A DNA stretch of 64,000 bases from positions 2,666,001 through 2,730,000 of the forward strand of contig CATNEN010000038.1 of the NCBI GenBank assembly GCA_950097015.1, given 5' to 3'. Source of the DNA: Macrostomum hystrix. Its lineage: Eukaryota; Animalia; Platyhelminthes. The position numbers and the translations under genes were made by a program. The stretch's first letter is position 1. Every line of letters begins with the position of its first letter. Under the pieces are notes generated by a model. The model did not search any database. It saw nothing but the letters and a program-made list of their open reading frames with translations, and was not told the DNA's origin. Positions 1 to 26,000 of this stretch are shown piece after piece.

Positions 1-1454
1 CACCATCTCAGCGGGTTGCATGCCGATGGATCTGGCTTCCTGAATTTCCAGGTTCTGGAAGTAGGTGGACAGCTTGTCCGCGAAGAACAGGTCCTTGGCG
101 GCTGGCAGGTTGCCGGACTTGTAGGCTGCCAACATGCTGGCTCGGAGCTCCTGAATGGTTGGGAAGTTGATAATACAGGTTATAATTGGTAGTATCTAAG
201 GGGCGGGTGAGTGGTAGAGCGATTAACGCGTCCGTCTCTCGCACCAAGGCCCTGTGAGTTCGATTCCGTGGCGAGGCCACATTCGATTGGGGCGCAGCCG
301 CGGAGAGAAGGCTTGGGGGCTGGCCGTGCAATTTACGCTCTTGGGGACCAATTTCCCAAGGCCCAGTTGAGAGTGTACACTGCCTGACGATGAGAAAGTC
401 AGGGCAGATGTACACACACACACTTGTGTGAGTGTCTGCGTACTATATCTCCGCTTTTGCCCATTTCGCTGACTCCTGAGCACACTTGCACACGGATACT
501 GTACGCTGGCACACGCTCACACAGGTGTGTACATCTGCCCTGACTTTCTCATCGTCAAGCAGTGTACACTCTCACTGTGCCTTGGAGGGTGGCTATCAAT
601 TGCGCGACAATCAAGGCATCCAAGCCTTCTCTCCGCTGCTGTGGCCGAAATAAATGTGAACTCGTTGCAAAATCGAGCTCACGGACCTTGGTGTGAGAAA
701 CATAGGCGTTAGACCGCTCTGCCACTCACCACCTGAGTATTGAATGTATTAATTAGTACTTCTGGGAAAAGGGGAGCTTATTTCAGACTCGTTGAATAGT
801 TTGATTATCGGAGAGCTGACAACATTGTTCATATTTCAGAAGGTTCCAATACCGACATATCTCAGGTGCAGAATATATTGTCAGGGGGATTCCCTACTGG
901 TACCTCTACTGTTAATAGAACATTTGGGGGACACTTTGTACTTTAAAACGCAGCCGAGTATATGCTAATGGCATCATAGTCTGGAAGAAATATTCGAATA
1001 GATAAAGCCCAACGGACTCTGCTTCTGGGCGACGATTTTTATCTAGACCCTAACCCTAACCCTAACCCTAACCCTAACCCTACCCTTTCCCTAAGCCAAT
1101 CCCTACTCGTTGCTAATTTAATTGCATTACCTGGTTGAGCTGTCCGGGCGATTTCACCTGACCGGTGCGCCAGAGACCAGCTGCAGCCAAACCAATGGGT
1201 CCCTGGCTGCAGACACAAATTGCTGGTATCGGAGTCAGGTGCTGCACTCGCTCGCTCTCTTGTACAGTCACGTGATAGTCCAAGTATTCGAATACCAGAT
1301 AATAGGTGCTGCTGAGTAGTAGGGTTGCCATGGAGATTATGTAAACTAGCCATAGTAGACGCAGGCCGCTGACTGGCGAGTGGTAGCAGTTTCGGAAGCC
1401 GCGCATCGAGGTACGCTCGATAAAAGTCTCAAGACACAGTCTGAGTAGGCCCAT
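1..1454 (-). CDS. DEG/ENaC (amiloride-sensitive/FaNaC-like) channel, first two exons (1454-1131, 150-<1); continues beyond the window
   Basis: Exon 1 has FIERTSMRG (pre-TM1 T-S-x-H-G position), hydrophobic TM1 LRLLWLVYIISMATLLLSSTYYLVFEYLDY and IPAICVCS (FPAVTVCN-like), then donor CAG|GTAATG. A phase-0 acceptor TTCAG| at 150 gives ELRASMLAAYK...YFQNLEIQEARSIGMQPAEMV (GHQxxEM-like). Confidence 0.8.
201..443 (+). mobile_element. tRNA-derived SINE family A, 3'-truncated copy
   Basis: A-box-like GGTGAGTGGTAGAGCG and B-box-like GAGTTCGATTCC. Body GTGTACACTGCCTGACGATGAGAAAGTCAGGGCAGATGTACAC is shared with about 10 other copies. Confidence 0.8.
458..733 (-). mobile_element. SINE family A copy, inverted relative to 201-443
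   Basis: Same body in reverse complement; the head reads ...TAGACCGCTCTGCCACTCACC on the + strand. Confidence 0.8.
1048..1082 (-). repeat. Interstitial telomeric repeat (TTAGGG) x5-6
   Basis: (CCCTAA)5 CCCTA on the + strand, inside intron 1 of the DEG/ENaC gene. Confidence 0.9.
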
Positions 1455-1461
1455 ACCTTAT

Positions 1462-1488
1462 GCTGCTGCTGCTGCTGCTGCTGCTGCT
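1462..1488. repeat. (CTG/CAG)9 microsatellite just upstream of the DEG/ENaC ATG
   Basis: GCTGCTGCT run seen directly. Confidence 0.9.
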
Positions 1489-1959
1489 ATTGTCAAGTAT
1501 TGGCAGCTGTGTGGGCAAGCTCTATAGCTTGTCACAATGAACTGGCAAGAAATTCTACTCTGGAGGTCGAAAACTGCAAGCAACTTTTATGCGCGATCCG
1601 CAAGCGAAGAGGATGACAGCAAGAGAGTGCACCAAAAACTAACTAATCTCATTGGCCAGCCAGTTTCCGACATGCTTTCTGCAGCACATCTGGCATGCCG
1701 TCCAGAGTTTAGGCAAAAATGATGTATGGAATGAGGTCGCACACGATTTGTCGCATGATAAACTTGCACAACTAAACTGGCCTGCTTAGAATATGACATT
1801 CTGAATTAGTTTCATCATATTTACAAAATCCTCCGCACCTTCTACATCCCCCTACAAAGCTAGCGAGCCTTACAATCAGATGAACTTTTTAGAATAATTC
1901 GACTTACTGTCGTTTTTACAAATTTCGCAAGCAAAAGTTCATTTGTCGACAGTCGATAC

Positions 1960-2220
1960 TTGCAGCCAGCGGTTCTGCCTATTCTGCTGACCCCTGAACA
2001 CACAGGCACACTCACACAGGTGTGTAAATCTGTCCTTGCCTGTCATCGTCAGGCAGTGTACACACAGTCTATCACTGTGTCTTGGTTGGCCCTCGTGGGT
2101 GTGAATCGCACGAAAAGCCAAAGGCCTTCTCACCGCAACTGCGCCCCATTTAAATGTGGTCTCGCTGGGGATACACTGCACCTGCTCAGGGACGTTCGTG
2201 CTAGCGGCAGACTCACCCCT
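1960..2220 (-). mobile_element. Degenerate SINE family A copy
   Basis: TTCTGCCTATTCTGCTGACCCCTGAACACACA...CATCGTCAGGCAGTGTACAC matches the family. Confidence 0.6.
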
Positions 2221-2856
2221 CCTAACTGTGAGTCTCAAATATGATTTGGCCATAAACGAAAATTTTGACTTTAACCATTTGACATTCTTATTTGAGCCAG
2301 CGTGCGGGAATGAAGGCAGTCGTGCAGGAATGAAATATGGCCAATACTCCACTGTTTTACACATGGACATCGTGCAGGAATGACACTCTCCGTTCCTGCA
2401 CGCAAACAATTTATTTATATGTATTTGATTTATTTTTAACCCCCTCTCTCTTTCGTCCCTCCACACTTTATTCTTAATATGAATTTTGTCTATGGTTAGA
2501 ATGGCTCTAATAAGAATGAAATTCATGAACGCTTACTCGTGCGTCTATGGCCAAATCACTCGTAAGCGTTCAAGAATTATACAGTCGAATAGTGAATCAT
2601 CGGTGCGGGGGCAGCGATTGCTTTAGTTTGAATTTAAAAAATGGCTTATAGGGTTTATTGACTTTGAACTACAACCAATCAGAAATAATTCAGTAGGTTA
2701 TAAATAGTATTATGATTCATAGTCTTATTTAACTGCATGTATTTGCCTTACTCTACTTATAGTAGGATCACGAGACCATTGACTATGTAAAAAGAATCGC
2801 AAAGTCTTTCAACACTTTTATAGTGGTGTTGGACACATGTGTTTGGTGTTTGCAGA

Positions 2857-3155
2857 GGTTGTAGCCTAGTGGTTAGGGCGTCGGACTCACGACTTGAAGG
2901 TCGTGGGTTCGATTCCCGACTCCACTGGAACAATTTGCGTCCTTTAGCAAGACACTTAACTCTGCATTGCTTCAGTTCACCCAGCTGTTAAATGGGTACC
3001 AGCATCAGCTGGGATAATTGAAGGTGGGTGTGGCGTCTCCCCAGTCCGTGGACTGAACAGCTGTACGCAGCCTTCAGATGCGCCGCGCATTAGCTGCGGC
3101 TGTGCTGTCCGCTGCACATCTGACCCAATCGGGACAGGTGTAATCAATTATTATT
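2857..3155 (+). mobile_element. tRNA-derived SINE family B with CORE-like central domain
   Basis: tRNA-like head GTAGCCTAGTGGTTAGG...GGTTCGATTCCC, central CCTTTAGCAAGACACTTAAC...CTTCAGTTCACCCAGCTGTTAAATGGGTACC and (ATT)n tail. Possible TSD GACACATGT. Confidence 0.8.
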
Positions 3156-3733
3156 GACACATGTTTTTCAGCATACAGTGGAATGTCGTGTATTTCACAG
3201 AACTTTCAAAATTCTGCGCCTGTTTATGAACCAAAAAAATACGAAATCTTCAATCGTTAAAAATGCCAGCTACCTTCTAAATCGGTCATATTTGGCAAGT
3301 CCATCTTAGCCAGGAGATTTATATTTCCTCTATATTTCGGTAACGTCTGTAAAATCCGTGGAAGTAACATAAGTGAGTAGTGTGTTGCATCTACTAGGAA
3401 CTGCAAATTAATTGAGAATAAAAAGTGCACAGTGAGTTACAGGGGCACAGGAATATAACAAACGTATAGAAGAGATATGCAGAGCTTACCTGACCCAGAT
3501 AATACATTTAAGTAATAAAATACCTCACAAATCTCTTTTCTCTTCTAATGCTGTGTTAGTTTTGTGTTTCATAAAGTAAAATATTCAAAATTATGATGAT
3601 GCCAACCAATTGAGTAGCTTCAGTCCCTTCTCTGTCTTTCATCTTAGTGGCTTTCTGAGCAGCTCGCATCTCTACTGCTAAATGCTAAATGCTGTCTACT
3701 GCACTGCTCGTCATCTCATAGCTTGTGTTGCTG

Positions 3734-6433
3734 TCACTCTCCAATGGCCCTGGCGTACAGCGGCTCGCTCTCCATCCTCCTGTTGTACATCAGCTGAGAG
3801 CGGGCGAGGTCGCGAACTTTGCTCATCTCGACTGCCTTCAGAGCGGCTTCAGCCCACTTGACACTCGTGTCCATGGGCTCCGTGGCTGAGCCACCCCGCT
3901 CCGGATAAACGTGGCACAGGACGCGCTGAAAAATAAACGATTCGTTCACAATTTTCCACCACACTTTCTACTCATAATAATAATACTAATTGCAGGAGGG
4001 CTGCGGGCAATGGCACATCGTTTGGTGACACTAGACCCGCAACCAGCGAGGAGGCAATTCTGCCCATTTCGCTGACTCCTGAGCACACACGCACACAGAT
4101 ACTGTACGCGGGCACACGCTCACACAGGTGTGTACATCTGCCCTGACTTTCTCATCGTCAAGCAGTGTACACTCTCACTGTGCCTTAAAGGTTGGCCCTC
4201 AAGGGCGTAAATTGCAAGACAAGCCCCCAAGTCTCTCTCCGCTGATGTGGCCCAAATGAATGTGACCTCGCTGCGAAATCGAGCTCAGGACCTTGGTGCG
4301 AGCAGCAAACGCCTTAGACCAATCTGCCACTCACCCCATTACTTCCTACTCGTAGTATAGTATATGAAATTTAAAGAATAAAATTTAATCATTCATTTCT
4401 TTCTAAAACACTGACGAACCTCCATCCTGTCGTTCTTGGGCTCCATGACGCCCCACTGCTGTCGCTTCTGCGCCATCTTCCATGGCGTCTGCTCAACTGG
4501 CCGCGCATTGGATTTGAGGAACGGCGCCTTCAGGGTAATCTCGCCGAACATTCGCAGGCAGGGTCCGGTCCGTTGATAATTAAAGTACAAATCAGAGTTG
4601 TCTGGCGTGTTCTCCTTCAGGAACATCGACACGGCGGCTGGTAATCCGTAGGGTTTGCGCCATTTGTAGGGCGGGAACAGCATGCCCATCATCTTGTCGC
4701 ACTGGTCAATTGAAGAATAGCTTGGACCGCGTAGGATCACCACGAGGTATTTCAGCCAGCGGTATTTGCCCATTCGGCGGTTCAGGATGCGGCGGGTGAC
4801 CTGAATTAAAAAATACTATTATTAATAACTAATAACTGATTACACCTGCCCCAACAGGGCCAGATGTGCAGCCGACAGCGCAGCCGCAGATATTGCGCGG
4901 CGCATCTGAAGGCTGCGTACAGCTGTCCATGGACTGGGGGGACGCCACGCCCAATCCTCAATTACCCCGGCTGATGCTGGCACCCATTTAACAGCTGGGT
5001 GAACTGAAGGAATGCAGAGTTCAAGTGTCTTCTTAAGGAAACCATTTTTTCCAGCATCAAGTCGTGAGTTCGACGCTCTAAGAACTAGGTTACTTCGTAC
5101 AAACTCCCAAAAAAGTAACAAAATCCGAGGAATGCAACAGTTGCTAAAAAGGCAATGGCCAAAAAAAAGAAAAAGCACAATTCAAGTTTGCTTGAATTGG
5201 TCAGAAAACTGTGGCGCGATACCTGTGAGTTCAGAGAGCTAATAATCCATGCGAGATCTCACCTCAATCTCGCATTTTGTCCTATTGGCAACAGATCGGA
5301 ATCGCTCTGGGTCAATCAAGAACGCCTGAATCATGTCGTCAGACAGCATCACAATGAACTCCTTGATGTGTACATCGGCGAATACGCTCATGCAGCCAAT
5401 GACCACGCCCTCCTTCTCCAGGTGACCGGTGGGCAGCTTCGTTCGTTTCGTCTTCATCGTTTCCTTGGCATCATTAGACATTTCGTTTGGTACGCGCATC
5501 ACGTCCACCTTCTCACAGTCCAGATAACGCTGATAATGCTTCATGGCGTCGTCCATGTCGCCCACGCCTTCGCCATCATCTTCGCTGCAGTCATCGCTGG
5601 GGCTAGGCACCGAGGCCTGATCGCTGGGGCTAGGCACCGAGGCCTGATCGCTGGAGAGCCCGCCAGGGCCGCTACTGACCCCGCCACTGAAGCCTCCGCT
5701 GACGCCGCCGTCTAAACTGGAGCTGGAGCTAGCCGGAATTGGTGCTTCCTCCGCCGAGCCCAGTAACTTATCCACCGTTTCGAACTCAATCGAGTTGCCG
5801 ACTCTGCCAGTGCGGAAACCGACATTACAGCCTCTGTTCACATCATGTTTATAGGGGGCAGTTTTCTAGTTCCCCGAATCCCTAAGTTCAGGGAGAGAAT
5901 CCCTAGTTTTCTAATCAGTTCAGGGGCAGACTTCTAATTAGTTAAGGTACGTTATCTTATCAGTTCTGAGGAGAGCTTGTGAGCCAGGAAAGCTGCCTTT
6001 GAGTCTAGCCAGATCTCGAACTCACACGTTGGAAGTGTTTGATTCGCTGTCCATGATGATGTTTATGTTTAGTTCTGTGCCAACTCCGTGACTCTGCAGT
6101 TCTGTTTCGAACCGAGTCTCCTTGCCCGAAGCGGTCTTGTGCACCTGGACATCCTTGATGCTGCAAAGCGTGTTATTGTTGTTCCTCTCCAGGCCAGCTC
6201 GTTTGGACTCGTACAGAAATATGTCACTGGATGGCTGAATTTTGCGGGGGTTATTAGCTTGCAATGGTGCCAGATTTTATGTGATATAGTATTCATATTT
6301 CAACCTTCAACTCCATTGTCAGCTTCTCTCCACTTGGATTACTGATTACCTTTTCGTAGATGCCTTCGCTGTCCAGTTCACTGTTTGTCAGCAGTCGCCT
6401 CCAGGCCTTGTGATTGTAATTATTATCTTCCAT
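3734..6433 (-). CDS. Unknown ~478-aa protein, 5 exons (6433-6350, 6234-6026, 5833-5263, 4800-4420, 3925-3734); Ser/Gly/Asp-rich linker then a possibly KH-like globular region
   Basis: All junctions are GT-AG with compatible phases and the joined frame is open to TGA at 3734. SINEs fall only in predicted introns. No family recognised. Confidence 0.55.
3975..4338 (-). mobile_element. Full-length SINE family A copy in intron
   Basis: tRNA head at about 4260-4338, conserved body, 3' stem-loop and (TTA)n tail at 3975-3990. Confidence 0.85.
4815..5095 (-). mobile_element. SINE family B copy with partly deleted head, in intron
   Basis: Reverse-complement match to the body of 2857-3155. Confidence 0.8.
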
Positions 6434-6699
6434 AGCTGCAAACTTCGGTTGAGGATGAATAATATTCGAAAAATTGTTTCACCAAAGCTTTGACGTAAGC
6501 TTACAACACTCAGTGGTCTTACAAAGCCCCCGTATATTCCTTCTCGAGCTTTTGGCCATAGACCAAAAAGTTAGACTGAAAAAGGCAATGAATTGGTATA
6601 CTCTGTTTATGTTATTTTTTAAATAAAATATACATCATCCTAAATAAAAAACATGTCCTGTTATTCTTTACAACGAATTAGCCAAGTATCACAAGAAGA

Positions 6700-6999
6700 A
6701 GGACGGGACACTCCGTTTCTTGGAAAATTAAAAAAGCTTCATTCATGAATAATTGGTCGTCATTTTTCCTTCCTGATAAGTAAGAGAAAAGAAAAGAAAA
6801 ATCGATTATTCATGAATGAAGCTTTTTTATTTGTTGAAGCAACATGTTTTACAAGTTATGTAAAAGGAGCAGCATTGGATCTGTTATAATGTTATCAGCA
6901 CTTTAATATGAAAAACGGGAAAATTTCCCATCTCGCTAGTGCATTTTCCCTGAAAATCAGTCATTAATAAATTTTCCAAGAAACGAAGTGTCCCGTCCT
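6700..6999. mobile_element. Foldback/MITE-like element between divergent genes
   Basis: ~30-bp inverted termini AGGACGGGACACTCCGTTTCTTGGAAAATT / AATTTTCCAAGAAACGAAGTGTCCCGTCCT, plus an internal 24-bp inverted pair (6730-6753 / 6805-6828). No clear TSD. Confidence 0.6.
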
Positions 7000-7727
7000 A
7001 GCTTGTTCTTGTAGTGGTCCTAGCTTGGAATTAGCATGTAGCTATAAATGTGATGTGTAGATCTCATTATTTGTATCAGTAGATTACGAAAACTTACAAG
7101 CTTTTAAAGCGATTCAACAAAAAAATAAAAAATATGACTATATACGTTTACCGTCAAAAAGTTTGACAAAAAGCGAAAGTTTGCCTTTTTATTTTATTTT
7201 GAAATATTCGCGTTGTAAAGAAAAAAAAAGGATTTATTAAATATAGCACACCATTAAGCACTGCATGTAAATTCATTTTTCTGATAACTTGGTAATTTAT
7301 TAGCAATTCCACCTGGGAAATTTCAATTTTGCGAAGTTTTTCTGTAAAAAAATGACATATCGTTAAAAACGCTCTGTGCAACGATAACAAATTTACGCAC
7401 CAATTTGAATTATCTATTCCTGTAGCTGAAAATCTGTGTTTCCATCCTCCCTTTTACACAGCTCTCTGCAAGTCAAAGAGAGTCTTGTGATTCTACCTTT
7501 GTGTCTTGTACAACTTTTTTGTCTACTGAATTAACAGTTCAGTAACATTCGCTTGTCTTAGTAAAATTAAAAAAACTACATTTATAGCTAAGAAAACTTA
7601 GTGAAATCAATTCAACGCCAAAGCAAACAGTAATATTTCTAAAAATAACCAGATTCGCTACAAGAAAAATATCGAGACTAAATTGATAAAAGAATCGCAA
7701 TAAGTAGTTTTCTATAAAATAATTTTG

Positions 7728-22696
<14,969 letters not shown>

Positions 22697-23002
22697 GTCG
22701 GGTGACGAAGACCGAAGGAGAGAGAGAGTCAGGCAGTGAAACTTTCGCTGTCGTAGCCAATCAAGTAGAACTGACGGGGAAAGAGGTTATTTGCAGCCAA
22801 TAGCAGACCAGTGGCAGGCGTGAGGCTGGTCGTAGCCAATGGCAGAGCAGCGGCAAGGGTGAGATTGGTCCTATAGCCAATAAACGAGCAGCGGCAAGCG
22901 TGAGGTGTAAGGGTGGGTCGTGGCCGATGCTTCTTGTTTTGCGGATTGAATTGTCTAATTATCTTATTCGATTTTCCTTTATGACCATATCTATATCAAG
23001 GC

Positions 23003-23008
23003 AATAAA
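23003..23008 (+). terminator. Candidate PKC polyadenylation signal AATAAA
   Basis: AATAAA about 300 nt after the stop, followed by T/GT-rich sequence. Another AATAAA lies at about 22879. Confidence 0.4.
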
Positions 23009-26000
23009 AATTGGTTACATTATGTTTACCGGATTTTTTCGTGTTGCTTCCACTAACCATGAATCCGTTTTTTGTCTCCAACGTTTAGCCTTAATAATAT
23101 CCGAGTTGTTCTGTGAGCTTTTAAATAGAAAACTCTAATTAAATAAATTTTCTGCTTTCATGGTACAATACTCTTCTTAAGTGGTACAGCACTACTTGTT
23201 TTAGCAGTAGTACATCGGAATTATTTTCGAGCACGAGTTCGATTACCCGAGAGTTTATGTTGCGATCTTGCTTTATTAAAAACTTGCCGGAGCTTTTGCT
23301 GTTTGTCCACCGTTCATTGCGGGGTTTTAATTCGCTTTTGCTGTTTTTTGTCGTAGCTATGGTGAGCCATAACAAAACAAGTGGCATGCAGCTGCGGCTT
23401 GTTATAGCCAATAGTAGAAGGTCAGCGCATGGTTGAGGTTGGTCGTAGCCAATAGAAGACCACACAGGGGTGAGGTTCGTCGTATAGCCAATCGCATACA
23501 CTGCAATTGCGTGTATTTACGATCCACTCGTAACTATTATGTAATTTCGATGAATAATCTAACAATTAATGTACGTGTGTATATAGATTTACAACATTTC
23601 CAATGAAACTCAATTAAGTATGCATAAAACAACACACACACAAGCACACAAACGCAGTACACACATCAAACAGCACCACATGAGCAATTGTGCTGCATTT
23701 TGAATGCACTGATCACACCATGGAGGCATAAACACGGATATACACATCGCTGCAATTATAACAAAGAATAAAATATTTGTTGCTTTTTACTGTTCAATGT
23801 TATAAACTTTTAAACTGCATGCATATTCTTTTCAGTTTTCAATAAAGCAGAACCTGCAATATAATTCCAAATACTCTTTTTGTGAAGTTGATAACATTTA
23901 TGCTTGTCTTAAATTACACGTATTGAGAAATATTAACTAAAAACCATTTTAGAATAAACAAATAGGTAATCGATGTAGAGAATCGATTAATGTTTCGTGC
24001 AAGCGTGAGACTGTATGGACTTTAAACTTGAACTATGTGCAATACTAGTAAATGGCTTAATTTTCTTTTGTTTCAAATTGTAGTCGTTACATGAACAGAG
24101 TAGAGATTACAGATACACCGATAACGAAAATATCGACTTTTGAATCGTACCGACTTTATACCATTTGAATTAGTTTAGGCTTCAATTGATAATAATTGTA
24201 CAAACCCACACACCGGGCCCTCGATCGCATCGGTCAGTGTGAGAGATACAAATCAGACTACTGACAACAGTAGAAAAGCAAAGACTTGGCTGCAAAACCA
24301 TAAAAATGGCAAGCTTAAAAGAGATTTCTGTGCACACTAAGAGTGGTGGGAGAGGACGGCGCGTGGCTATGGCTGACTGACGAAGGCAAACAAGCCAGAA
24401 ACCGGTCTCGGTCTGCCAGCGCGAGGTTCGTTCCCCACTTTTAGTGTGTTACAGTCAGCACCAAGGTTTTTGCATAGTAAAGCAGCTGGTGGTTACAACG
24501 ACCGCCGCAGGAAGAGCTTCAACCTGGCGCTGTTCGTCGTCAGCAATTTCAGGCACCAAATCTGTCGATGTAAACGACCTGGCGGCATATTGATCGGAGG
24601 GGGGCTGCCGTCTTCTCGAGATTCCAGGCCTATCTTTCGGCTGGGTGTTGTTATTGGCCTGGTTGAAGGGGATAGACAAGGAAGGACTGCTATTTAATAG
24701 CGTTTAGTGTAGTCCTAATTGTATCAGCTGAGATTATATGAGATAAAACTATATGAAAAAGCTGTTAGAGACAGGGAGACAGAGATAAAATACATAAGAC
24801 AGAGCAGAGTTAACAAAGAGAGAAAAAGGACACTGGAAAGTAATAAGACAGAGAAAAGATGAGAAAAATGTGTTACGTTGAGTTCCAACTATCGTTTATC
24901 GTGAGTGTTAATTGTGGCACATGCATGGTAATTATTTGTTATTATGAAAGTTGAAGACAATTACTTTTGTCTCAGCCATTTCAATTTTTTTATAAAAGCG
25001 TGAATTTAGCTGTCTTTGCACATAGGAGACACTCTGGCTGTTTTATTTTGATAATGTACAATCGTAGTACAATACGAATTAGATTTTTTTGTCTCGCAAC
25101 GGTAAACGTCGCGTCGATTTAAATTGCTCCAAGATCAGTGGTAGGCCGCGCCTACTTACGTCCTTTCGAGTTTGGTAAGTTAGGTGAGTTGTCGAGTTAG
25201 GTCACTCAGACGTTCAGCTTGATCCGTGCTATCTTCCTTACGATGCTGTTTGTAATTTACATTTAGTGATTGTTATTATTGTTTGTGAAAACATTACAAA
25301 TCTGCTAGTATGAATATTTTTCAAATAGACGAAGGTTCCTTCCACTAAATTCGGTGTAGGCCTAAATAGCAACGTAGGCCTAGTAATTTGTTAACACTAA
25401 AGCAATTACAAGTTATAACAGGGTATAGGACACCAACTAGTAACCGTGGGCCTGGCTCACCTCTCAGGTGCATTCTAGAGGTAACAAAAATATGACAAAA
25501 ACTGTAAGATGAAAGTAGATAACTAAGATATGAGATAGGGCCTATATTGGAGTAATATAATATAATATATATATGGAACTTTGTTGGGTATTTCTTGCTA
25601 GCAGCCTAGAGTTTTTAAATCCCCACTTAAAAGGTTATCAATGCTTGCAAAAACAGAATTTTACTCGTGTAAATGATGGTGTAAATGATAGACTCAACCC
25701 TAAATTTTAAACCCTGAATTACCTGTGATAGGCCTACAAAGCTTGCTTGGCAGTACATAGCTTAGCAGAGAGACACTTTATTTTATGTTTACACTGTTAA
25801 TGGCTATTATTACAAAAGTAGGCCTACTTATTTATTAACCATAAAAAACTAAGTTTTCCCCCTCCTGTCCGATCTAGGGAAAGACCATGGAGGGGAATTT
25901 CACTTACAGACATACTTCAGGATATAGATAGCTCCAAAACCAAATGACCATTTTCAGAAAGTCTTAGACAATGTGTCTTCTTTTTCAGTCCTTTACAATG

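Noticed and set aside
372-416. Hammerhead ribozyme core (CTGACGA...GAAA) in SINE A
   Set aside because: Only 3 nt separate CTGACGA and GAAA, so there is no stem II, and CTGAC pairs with GTCAG as a plain hairpin.
1939-2526. 195-aa minus-strand ORF
   Set aside because: Half is SINE-derived, the rest is AT-rich, and no domain is recognisable.
2857-2930. tRNA gene (also 29225-29290 and 35317-35390)
   Set aside because: A/B boxes are present but the acceptor stem does not pair, and the sequences continue into or match SINE bodies.
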